From Eledone cirrhosa (Eukaryota): a stretch of DNA of 64,000 nucleotides. Numbering within the stretch: position 1 is the stretch's first letter; the number at the start of each line of letters is the position of its first letter. The stretch is taken from contig OZ024742.1 of assembly GCA_964016885.1 (NCBI GenBank), forward strand, positions 85,498,001-85,562,000. The letters are read 5' to 3'. Of the stretch, positions 53,637 through 64,000 are shown piece after piece. The notes under the pieces are model-generated. The model saw only the letters and a program-made list of their open reading frames with translations. It had not been told where the DNA came from and ran no database searches. Both the position numbers and the translations under genes were made by a program.

Positions 53637-53679
53637 TAAAGAGGGACATACAAAAACCGATACAAACAAACACACTCTT

Positions 53680-53974
53680 CGTTTTGAATTGGTTTTGCAT
53701 GATTTCTTATCTGAAAACGTGTGTTGAAACAGATATGTTTATACTTTGGGAGGGTCATGCTAACAATAAAAATACATGCACCTGTCGGTTTTCACATCAA
53801 TTTATTATACATTCACAAATTGGTTTGATAACAGGATGGCTGCTTATAGCTTGTCAAAGCTCTTTCGTCACACATTCTGAGAACTTTGACAATACATAAA
53901 CAACCATCCGGTTATCGAACCAATAGTTGCGCGTGTGTCTCCTATTGGCAGCAGGTATCTCCCAAAGTATAACA
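53680..53974. mobile_element. Fold-back pLTR remnant between microsatellites
   Basis: Inverted arms 53736-53863 / 53880-53974; homologous to 11062-11330. Confidence 0.82.
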
Positions 53975-53975
53975 C

Positions 53976-54063
<88 letters not shown>

Positions 54064-54088
54064 TACATATATACATATATACATATAA

Positions 54089-54146
<58 letters not shown>

Positions 54147-55189
54147 AATAGAGAGAGAGAGAGACATATTCGTTCGCCATTTCTTGTGTCGCTAAACACC
54201 GCCAGTTGCAAACTGCGCATCAACATGAAATATTTCTCTCCACAAAGTTCGATCACCAGCAGCAGTGTTCAAAGTCTATAAGTTGACATTATCAAGCCAT
54301 CTTCTTGGCTGCCGGCCTCTGCATCTCTTACTAGCCAACCCTCTTTCCAGGCATAACCTAATCACGCCACGAGGTGATCTTTATATATTTGTTCGCCTAT
54401 GGCATTTCAAATCATGTCTCATTGATGTTATTGAATTTCTGAAACAGTCAGGTCTTCTTACAAAGTACTGTAATGGTTTAAATGGGGCATCATCTTAAAT
54501 ATGATAACGTAAAATGTCACCCGGCGCCGTACAAACAGTTAAGATTTTTCCGGAAATCTTACAATCGCAGTGGTAGATTTTACTCCTTGGGAGTTTCACA
54601 CACTCCAAAACAATAATCGTCCAATGGGAATTATAATCATATATCTGTAATGATAAAAAAAACAAACGGAAAAAACAATTACGGTATGGGTAGATTAAAA
54701 ATATTGCGGTCCAGATGTCCTTAAGTATTACGCTGGTGTATGCTTTTGGCCGGATCAAGTAAACTTACTGACAATTGTCTGAACTTCAGTTTATAAATAT
54801 TACCTACGAAACTGCTAGACAGGTTTTATGGTATGGTTTTAGTATTCATCTGGTTATGAGTATGGTAACCTGATGAATATTTCTACTATTTTAGTTTTGA
54901 AATAGATAATTAGTTATGGAAAACAATATTGCATCATATGCATACAATATAAATGTTAGTATATCCATACTATTATTAAATCAATACCAATAAGCATAAT
55001 GATTTTTCAGACGATAGTTTAGATGCTAATCATGAATATATCAACACTCTACAGAAATTCAACAAAAAATACTTACGGAGATCCTGCTATGTGTCCTACT
55101 AGATCTAAGAGATTAGTGGTTAGAATGTATCAGGAAAAAATCAGGAAAAAATCGGATTAGTGGTTAGAATGTATCAGGAAAAAATCGCT

Positions 55190-55497
55190 GCGCAACATCA
55201 ACCGGTAGGAGACCCAGGGGTTGACCCCGAGCAAGATGGTTGGATAACACACAGGAGCTTGGCTGGTCTCGCTTCGGGATCCAGCCGGATCAGTTGGCGT
55301 CGGTTGCTCCTGAAAGGACTCACACGGATGAAAGTTTGAGGACTCTGCCACAGTGATCCTCTCAGAAGAAGAAGAAGAAGAAGAAGAAGAAGAAGAAGAA
55401 GAAGAAGAAGAAGAAGAAGAAGAAGAAGAAGAAGAAGAAGAAGAAGAAGAAGAAGAAGAAGAAGAAGAAGAAGAAGAAGACAACAACAACAACAACC
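55190..55497 (+). repeat. GC-rich 175 bp segment followed by (GAA)n(CAA)n; possible non-LTR 3' end
   Basis: Sharp composition change; (GAA)n at 55365-55480; 31-bp tandem duplication just upstream (55112-55186). Confidence 0.45.
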
Positions 55498-55772
55498 CCA
55501 CAATATATTCCATTCATGCGTCGTCACTTAATTAGTACTTATATGTGATTGCGACTGAGATGTGATTAGTATATATATATATATGTTCGAATAATAACAA
55601 TATTTACTTTCATCTGGTAGGTAAAATAATCATATAGAACAATTTTAAATGTGGTAATTTGTGACATGTCGACGATATGCTTCCAAAGATGTAGCATGAG
55701 CTAGAAACGAACAGGTACTTTCAGGTACACGACCACTCATATAACACACACACACACACACTCATATCCCGC

Positions 55773-55824
<52 letters not shown>

Positions 55825-55971
55825 TATTTTCCGTTGTGTTGTAATATAAATATTACACACAGTAGATTATCAGCCCACGTAGAGTTTGCTCGACGGTTCC
55901 AGTTGTAGTTCCAAAAGTAATCCGGAGAAAAATAGAAAGATTTGAATGGATACAGTTTAGTTGAAAGGAAT

Positions 55972-56091
55972 TTATTGACACGTGTTTCTATAACAGTTAC
56001 GTAACCTAAAACAGCTGCTATCTACAAACTTTTAGTTATGCAGACATTCAATATTTCAATGTTATTATTTACTGTCATTTCATCAGAATAA
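55972..56091 (-). ncRNA. Type I hammerhead with intact core and a 73-nt insertion in loop II
   Basis: TTATT CTGATGA a ATGACAGT [73 nt] ACTGTTAT a GAAA CACGTG TC AATAA. Confidence 0.7.
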
Positions 56092-56691
56092 TATTACTGA
56101 GGACCTATTTAATTTTTATAGAGAATATTAGGGGGGAGGGGTGAAGTTGTTAGAAGAATAGTTGAAGGAGTGGTTTTTCGATAGCAGTGAAAATTCTTGG
56201 TGGCAGTGAGTAATTAGATTCCCATCTGTTGTTTTGACATTTTTTATAGAATATATTATTGGTTATTTTTCTAAATCTATAGAAGGATTAGAGATAGTAA
56301 AGATATGCGTGGTTGGTTTTGTGTTTGCACTTAATTAACATTCAGACTTAAATTTTTCTTTCAAGTGTAAGTATCCTTTCACACACGCATTCACACACAA
56401 ATATATTTGCACACCTCTACAAAATACGTATACTCACAATTCACATATTCATACTTACATATATATACGCATGCATACACATATATATACACACATGTAT
56501 TCATGTACATACATACGCTCTCATGTGTATACATTTTCATACTCAACTTATCTTTATATACACACGTATAGACACACACATATATACATACATACTCTAG
56601 TCCATGTGTACACACATACACATACATACACATCTATATACACATACATACATACACATATATATATACACATATATATATATATATATAT

Positions 56692-56780
<89 letters not shown>

Positions 56781-57047
56781 CACTTTAATACATGAATACA
56801 CTTACATCTAACTATACACATCAAACATATATATATATTTACTTATTTATATACATTTTCACATATATATACATACTTATGGACGTTTTTAGACACATTC
56901 ATTATCGCATATTTGCACCTATTCTCATTAGCATATCTTTCCATTATTAGTGTGGTAATTTAAGGTTATTAATATATGTTGAGAAGAGATTGTTTTTATA
57001 TTTTTCTAACTAGATTAAGGTTTATATAGTTGGGGGATGTCCCTCTT

Positions 57048-58490
57048 TTATGTAATATTCGGCTTGTAGTGGGAAAAAAGGGTTTTAGTTCTGTGACGGC
57101 AGAATAATGTTCGTTCAATTCTGTTATTCAGCAGTTTCTTCTTGTGTGTGATTATGTAATAAATCTCAAGATTACACAATTTGCAGAAATTTTGGCTCCT
57201 GGAAAAGCTTTGGGTTTTAGCTAATTTCTCCCACTTTAGGGTAAACTTTTGATCGCTATCCCTGAGCGTCCAAGCTTTTTCTGCTAAAGTTGTTACATTT
57301 CTTTGGCTCTGGTGTTTTATTGAGTAAGAATGCCTATACAATCGAGATTTAAACGATGTTGCCGTTGATCCCACGTAATACCACTCGTTGCCTCCGGATT
57401 TAATGGTACACTTATAAATAATATTTTTTTCCAGGCAGTTATTGCCGAGGGGGCAGTTGTCAGGATAGGTGCAGTTACAGTTGTGTACGTTGGGTTTTCT
57501 CTGGAGTAGTATTGCGGACGAACTTAGGTGTGGTTTATTTATGTTCTGTAGTGTATTGTCTACTGTTTTTTTTGTGTTCTTTGTACTTAAGTTCTTAGTG
57601 TTTTCGTTTAACCTTCTAGTATTGATCTTTTTTATGTGTTGTTCAAGGTTTAACGCTGTAGAGTATGACAGTTTTATAGTGGTAGGGTTTAGGATTTTGT
57701 GGTATTTGTGTGATGTGGGAAAATGTCTTTTAATTATTTTAAAGAAGAGTACTGGTAAATTTGTACTAATGGAACTATTGTATTCGGGGTTATACCATAA
57801 GTATTCTTTGCATCGCTTTCTATTAGTTTTGTTTGTTGGTTTACTGGTGTGCATACTATGGTAGTAAGTGTGGTTTGGTGTTGTGTTATTATATCTACCT
57901 ATGTGGGATTTATTTTGGGTGTTTTGATTGTTCCCATCTATGTACTCTATTTTGTTGAGGTAGCCTGCTTTACTAAGGGCGTTATCGGAGTACTCGGCGT
58001 GTTCCTTAAATACTTGTATGTTAGAAGATAGACCCGAGATTCTAAGGGAAATTTTTTTAGGGATAGATTTAATTATAGAGATGGGGTGGTTAGACCCAAC
58101 ATTTACGTATTTGAGATTTTCATTCAATTTATGAAACGGTTTAATCAAACCAGAGTTTAAATTGAGTGTGACATCCAGGAAGTTAACTACTTTAAGGTTG
58201 TATTCATATGTTATAGTTAGTCCTATTTCGAGTAGTAGTTTTCTTATATCTTTGCGTAGTTTTTCTAGTTTTTGGTTATTAAGGTTTTTAGCTAGGAGGA
58301 GAACATCGTCGCGGTATATTCCGCCGTGGAGATTGCTGAATTTTTCCTGGAGTCTAAAGGCGATAAATAACCCCGCAATATCAGTTATTTCCGCCGAATC
58401 TTTAGAGCCCATTGTTATATCAAAGTTAGAGGGTCTATCTTTACGTACCCAATAACTGTTCTCAAATTTGACTATAGAAACACGTGTCAT
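57048..58490 (-). CDS. PLE reverse transcriptase-GIY-YIG polyprotein, N-terminally truncated (480 aa)
   Basis: FDITMGSKDSAEITDIAG, GGIYRDD, VNFLDVTLNL, LWYNPEY, CNCTYPDNCPLGNNC, IIYKC..YYVGST, CKLCNLE; the first ~5 codons come from the inverted pLTR. Confidence 0.9.
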   Translation of the reverse strand: MTRVSIVKFENSYWVRKDRPSNFDITMGSKDSAEITDIAGLFIAFRLQEKFSNLHGGIYRDDVLLLAKNLNNQKLEKLRKDIRKLLLEIGLTITYEYNLKVVNFLDVTLNLNSGLIKPFHKLNENLKYVNVGSNHPISIIKSIPKKISLRISGLSSNIQVFKEHAEYSDNALSKAGYLNKIEYIDGNNQNTQNKSHIGRYNNTTPNHTYYHSMHTSKPTNKTNRKRCKEYLWYNPEYNSSISTNLPVLFFKIIKRHFPTSHKYHKILNPTTIKLSYSTALNLEQHIKKINTRRLNENTKNLSTKNTKKTVDNTLQNINKPHLSSSAILLQRKPNVHNCNCTYPDNCPLGNNCLEKNIIYKCTIKSGGNEWYYVGSTATSFKSRLYRHSYSIKHQSQRNVTTLAEKAWTLRDSDQKFTLKWEKLAKTQSFSRSQNFCKLCNLEIYYIITHKKKLLNNRIERTLFCRHRTKTLFSHYKPNIT

Positions 58491-58556
58491 TAAATTCCTG
58501 TTATAGAAACACGTGTCAATAAATTCCTTTCAACTAAACTGTATCCATTCAAATCT

Positions 58557-58607
<51 letters not shown>

Positions 58608-58849
58608 GCGTGCGTGCGTATGCAGTATGAAATGTTGCATCTCATATAATATAAATTAGTGTTCTTATAAAAACGGGATAGTTATAGGGCGGCAATTTGT
58701 AGACGGGGAATGACTTGCCATATTGAACAAATGACGAAGGTGATCTGGCGATATTTCCAAGACGAGAAACTGTCAAATGTACTCTACTTCCATGCTAAGT
58801 TAGAGAATGTGCGCTCACAGAGAAATCATTTACATAAAAAATTATAGCT

Positions 58850-59240
58850 TTAGACTGAACAAAGGCGGTTTTCAGACAGAGTACGGGAGCATCACATATA
58901 ACAGATTGCATGCCGAAACCGAATAGAAACCTGGATTGCAGAAAGAGTAACTCCACATCTTAGCCACTGAAGATATACTAAGCCATACGAGAAACCATCT
59001 AGAAATCATAAAGTATACTAAGACAGGCAGAGACTCCTACAACGCATAGAATACCACTTTAAGGAAATAATAATTAGCGACGGACGAAACAAAGATGAAA
59101 GACTCCAGAGAAAGTGCCAGGCAGTTCTGAATATTTGGAAAATACATTTTGAGAATTCACTCATTATGCGAGTCAACTCATGATGGGAAAGTTTTAAACG
59201 GCTGGACAAATTATCGAAGGAAAATGGCCAATGTCTTCTT
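58850..59240 (+). mobile_element. Old LINE RT C-terminal relic
   Basis: LLQRIEY..II.SDGRNKDERLQRKCQA resembles the QV..FxYLG.I..DG..EI..R..A pattern. Confidence 0.35.
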
Positions 59241-59437
59241 ATATAGGCACAATGTCTTCAATTAAGAGATAAAGAAGTAGAATATATTTATAAAAGGATA
59301 AGAAGCTGAAAGTCACATAAGTGAAAGTGAAAGTGTTGTCAACATTTCATATATTCTTTTACACTTTTACGTCTACCTACTGACTTGTTATACCATATTA
59401 CCATCGGTGACGAATATGTTACGGTCGATGGACAGTC

Positions 59438-59632
59438 GGGGATTGGCAGTATCGGTAGGGCGTCGGAAAACCTGCTTGCAGCATAGAGTTATGGACCTTT
59501 ATGATCTGAGTTCAAACCCCGCCGCGGTTAACATTACCTTTCATCCTTATGGGGTCAATAAAAGAAAGTACCAGTCACGCACTGGGGTCGATTTAAAATT
59601 GTTGGCCTTGTGCCTATATAAGAAACCATTAT
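59438..59632 (+). mobile_element. tRNA-derived SINE
   Basis: tggcagtatcggtag A box, gagttcaaaccc B box, shared core. Confidence 0.88.
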
Positions 59633-60914
59633 TTAGGCTAGACATCATAAATGTTGCCAGACATACCTCTGCAGCACATATACGAGCTATTCCTTTAAGA
59701 TTTCAGCATTCCTCCGACAGGAAGTTGGTCTTGTAGAAAGGAATCATTATTGCATCATTATTGCATCGTCCAATCCCCACCATTATATTTGCAGAAATGA
59801 TTTCACATTGTCTATCACCACCAAGTTTGAACATTTCTGCAAACTTCTTCATCTCTCCATCTTTTTTATCGCGTTAAATTAAATTTCTTGAAGCTAATAT
59901 TAACTTATTTTCGTCTAGGTGAGTCATTAACGGAAAACTATAGAACTTTGTTGTATATTTGTTATAAAGTCTTTGTCTAGCTGTGAATATCTATTAAATA
60001 AATAATTCAAAAGTTCCTTCTATGGTTTCGCCATGTTATCCTTTTCTGTTAGCAAACGGGAACCATACTTTTTTCTGAGAGTTGTTATATTAGTGGTTCT
60101 TCTTCCAAAAGCTATATTCATCAACCTATGAAATTGATTTGGAATTCATTGATGTAGCCACTGTCTCCATATGTGATGTAATATTTGACCAGTGATTCTC
60201 TTACCTAGAGAACAATTCATGGTGGGCATCAGCTTTAGCCATTTTTAATTTTCTCATAAATATCTTTGTCTTGATAAGTGTTTCGAACCTTTTGCACCCT
60301 GATAACATTCTTTGTCAAGCATATTGCTTTTATCTCCGATCTATGCAGAAGAAAATGTTCTCTATTGTTTTCATCGTAGTTCGAAGTGTTTCATTCGCTG
60401 CATTGTGAATGTTATCTCTGACTACAGCCATCGACGGTGTGTCATTGACGGCAGTGTTAACTTCTACCAAATTGACTTGTTATTCTATTTGGGGTGATTA
60501 ACATTGTATTAATATCTAATTTCTGTCTTTCCTAATAAATGCATGTGTGTGCTCTCACAAGCTGTGTTCACACCAGCACTCAACTCCACGAAGAGAACGG
60601 ATATTACAGACATACATATGTCACATGTTTGAAATATGTTATCGATTATGTGTCACTGTCGAGAACGCGTGTGGTTCCTTCTTATGGTATGGACACATAT
60701 ATGTTTAAATGTGTGCGTCAGAGACATATTTATATATCGGTACACAGCTACACCAGAAAACAAGGTCTTACTAATAGTTTGCCAAAAATCCTACGTTTAA
60801 AGACAGCTCTTTGTCTTACAAACTATACATAGACATGCATTTATATACACAACAAAATGGTTTTATCTTCATGCGGAATTGAATATTGAGTATATATTAA
60901 TGATTCATAAAGCG

Positions 60915-61210
60915 CGGTCGTTTTCACATGGCCGCCGCATCATTTTGGTGAATATGGAACAATAGGGATATGCCGGACACTCATTAGGCATAGCTGCAAG
61001 GTCATCAAATGATTAATCATGCCAAGATGAATCTCTGTTAGTTTGGGAACTAAAATATTGCTGATAGCTATAGCACTCTTGATTCTTTCCTTTCTTGGGT
61101 TACGTCTTCTAGAAAACAAAATAATAAAACCACAGCCTGTTTACTCCAATTATATATTTTCAGAAAAGCGTCGTTCTGAAAGTGTAGCTCTTTCATAAGC
61201 ATATAGATTC
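60915..61210 (-). mobile_element. RTE LINE APE relic
   Basis: LSERRFSE..GCGF..RKERIKSAIAISNILVPKL..GMINHLMTLQLCL..RH..YSP aligns with the RTE APE at 1450-1660. Confidence 0.65.
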
Positions 61211-61451
61211 AGATGTGTAGAAACTAATGCTATCTAAATTTCTAAACTTAATCTATTCCCATCGTGAGATATTGCAACAAGCTATGACGATGTCGAGTTA
61301 TTGCTTCCTCGGTTATTTGGAGTATTTAAACCGACATCCGTCATCACGTTAAACTGATCAGTCACTTTGGCGTGCAATAATGTCGTCATATATTCTAGAC
61401 CCTTCCAGAAATCTGATGAGCAATGCTGAACATATATTTTCCTGCTGTAAT

Positions 61452-61525
61452 CCTCAACCGAGATCAACTTTGCCTTTCATCCATTCATGGGCGATAAAAA
61501 AAGTACCAGTCAAATACTGAGGGTC
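61452..61525 (+). mobile_element. SINE core fragment
   Basis: actttgcctttcatcc..gataaaaa..gtaccagt. Confidence 0.75.
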
Positions 61526-62408
61526 ATTTCTCCTTCTATATCTCTTTCGCACTTCTTTTGTGACACTCTCTCTACCATTCTCTGGAAGGGATCTGGCGCC
61601 CCTAAATCTCCCTAGGAGTTACGGGTTCATACCATACCAATATTTATCGAGTAACCGATTATGATCACAGCTTAGTTTGATGAGAAACGAATGTATAACA
61701 GATAAATAGACCGTTATGTACCGCCAAAAACCTACGTACTTCCCGCTTGTCAAGCATGTGCCCGATGATGTCTCCCGATTGCCAACAGCATGTTTTAATG
61801 TTTTAAATCCTACTTTTATGATACAGACGATGTACCTCAATAATCCCGTGCATGAATTTATAATCATGAACAGATTGCACAAAGTAGCAAAAACGATCAA
61901 CTACCAGAACAAATGATACAGAAGCAATCATGTGCAAAATATCTGGTTTGGTGGGTGTTAATTATCGGTGGTGTTCTAGTAGACATTTGTATCAACAGAA
62001 GCATAAGAAATGTTAATACGATTGACACATTGTGCACTGGAGCGAAATACGCAGTATCACCTGACTTCGCACCCAGGGAATTTGATTTTAGACTATCTTT
62101 TTTTCAAGTGGGCCGGTTTTGCCACAGCTAAAGTCTAATTGCCCTCAGTGAGATTAAGTTTAGGGCATCACCGGTTCTAAATTAGGGCGACCATTCTCAT
62201 CATCAGACTACACGGAGAACCTGGTTTTATGGAACCACTAACCTGCCTTTGTCCGTTCACTTTTTCAGTTCCCAACTTTTTCAGTTCCACCACAGAATGC
62301 TACAAGTTGGATTTGGGTTGTGACAGGCTAAAGATGACGCAAGACGTTTGGGAATATTAGTAAAGAGTACATTCTATGCCATTTCCCTCCGTTAGCATTA
62401 AATGTTTC

Positions 62409-62590
62409 TGGTGGATTGGCAGTATCAGTAGAGGGTCGGACGCCATGCTTTCCAGCATAATTACGTCGCTTTACGATCAAATCCCGTCGAGGTTGACTTT
62501 GCCTTTCATCCTTACGGGGTCGATAAAATAAAGTACCAGTAATGCACTGGGTAATTGCTGGCCTTGTGCCTAAAGTAGAAACAATTATTA
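62409..62590 (+). mobile_element. tRNA-derived SINE, full length
   Basis: Matches the reverse complement of 9371-9554 over its whole length. Confidence 0.92.
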
Positions 62591-62608
62591 AATGTTTCCG
62601 GATTAATT

Positions 62609-62780
62609 GCTTATCGGCATAGAGTTATGGCCTTTTACGTACACAATCCCGTTGTGGTTACCTCTGCCTTTCATCCTTACGGAAGCGATAAAATAAAGTA
62701 CCAGTATGGCATTGGAATCGTTTTAATCGATTTTCCACTTCCAAACTTTTTTTGGCCTTTTGCCTAAATCAAAAACCATC
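62609..62780 (+). mobile_element. Second, 5'-truncated SINE in tandem
   Basis: Same core and tggcc..tgcctaaa tail. Confidence 0.82.
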
Positions 62781-63265
62781 ATGAAATATCTTCAGATTTA
62801 ATATTTCTAAATATTTTTCTATATTGTTGTCATTATGGGACATAAACTGATTTCAGCAGCATATAGTTTTCCACCAACGATGTATTGTATTCGAATATAC
62901 ATCCCAACATATTTAGTATAATTAAAACCAACAAAACATTTGTATAGATAAACACTAGACTATACGCTCAGCCAAATCTGCATACTCAATGTACATATGT
63001 ACAACATTATCAAAAGGCATTGAAAATGTGTATAACTCTGTAGATATTTGATGTCTGATAATTAGTGGGCAGTTCTTGCGTCGGACATGGTAAAATATGA
63101 AAACAAAACAAATATCTACCGTTGAGAGATCTGTATATAATAGGGGTATATTTATTATTCATACACAGTTGAATACGGCTAATGTTGATACAATCAAAAT
63201 GTCCTACGCTGTCTCTCGCTCTCTCTTTCTGTCTCTCTCCCCCCTCTCTCTCTCTCTCTCTCTCT

Positions 63266-63340
<75 letters not shown>

Positions 63341-63519
63341 GTGTGTGCGTGTATGTGTGTGTGTGTTTTGTGCGTGTGTATGTCGATTTTGAGGGCATGT
63401 TTGATGATATCGAAACTTGAAATTTCACTCATCCCAAAATAGAATTGAATTATTCCGGAGTAATAACCCTCAGCACCTCTATAAAAGAAAGAATATTTAA
63501 ATCAGTTTGGATCTAGCAG

Positions 63520-63642
63520 TCGAAACAGCCGGGGCTCAGCCGTCAGGGTCTTGAATCTTTTCCTATTACCCACTCTACTACACTAAGTAGCGAGTATTCT
63601 GGTGCGTTCTCGTCCATCTGGTTTCTTAACATACTTTCTTTG
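63520..63642 (+). repeat. pLTR-like repeat homologous to 8446-8552
   Basis: tcagccgtc.gggtc..tcctattacccactcta..gagta..tggtgcgtt.. Confidence 0.75.
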
Positions 63643-64000
63643 ATATATATATATATTTAATACATTAACAGAGAAAGCTTTAAGCAATACTCCGACCGGC
63701 TTCCGTCTCACTCAACAAACATTAGGGTATACCTTAGTTTAATCCCAAGTATACGTTTGGGGTGCTAACTATACGTATTTTGCGGATAGCCAGTTTTATT
63801 ATTTTATATGAGACATAATTAAACGATCGTTTCATTATAAGTTTTCTACAAATTGGGAAAATAATGTCCAGGTTATGTAGAAGCCTACACATAGTCCGTA
63901 AGAATATATGTAGGTGGGCACTTATAAATCATCAGTGGATGCCCGACAAATATCGATATAAAAAAAAAACAACCATACCGATATTAATGTTCAGCGATGG

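Larger units (their letters stand above)
55822..58562 (-). mobile_element. Penelope-like element E, young, 5'-truncated, with inverted pLTR fragment, in (TA)n
   Basis: 55932-55996 is an exact reverse complement of 58498-58562; the ORF is uninterrupted. Confidence 0.95.

Noticed and set aside
61282-61900. Kinase-like fragments (FSIAHQI/KGLEYM; GTCLTSG)
   Set aside because: They need a frameshift, HRD, DFG and APE motifs are absent, and the downstream segment I first read as subdomain XI is better explained as RTE endonuclease.
62409-62490. tRNA gene
   Set aside because: A and B boxes are present but there is no cloverleaf, and it continues into the SINE core.

Overview
AT-rich, repeat-saturated animal DNA, most likely from an octopod cephalopod. 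This is inferred from the tRNA-derived SINE family, the mariner type and the long (TA)n/(CA)n/(GA)n tracts; it is not proven. I found no host gene exon, rRNA, true tRNA or CRISPR array, and most ORFs in the supplied track are microsatellite or antisense artefacts. The window is mostly decayed transposable elements: RTE LINEs, a Dong/R4-type RLE element nested in a (TAA)n tail, Tx1/L1-like LINE pieces, mariner/Tc1 remnants, a probable Chapaev3-like transposase relic and SINEs. The dominant class is Penelope-like elements (PLEs: RT plus C-terminal GIY-YIG), with six RT-bearing copies in direct or inverted pseudo-LTR (pLTR) arrangements and many short fold-back remnants. The main result is a set of more than 10 type I hammerhead ribozyme motifs with palindromic stem III in the pLTRs. 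Several of them (55972-56091, 24499-24598, degenerate homologue near 19875-19970) carry a 73-91 nt branched domain in place of stem-loop II, and two use the compensatory U3:A8 core. Several inversion or truncation breakpoints fall inside these motifs. All structures and alignments were done by eye, so element boundaries are approximate.
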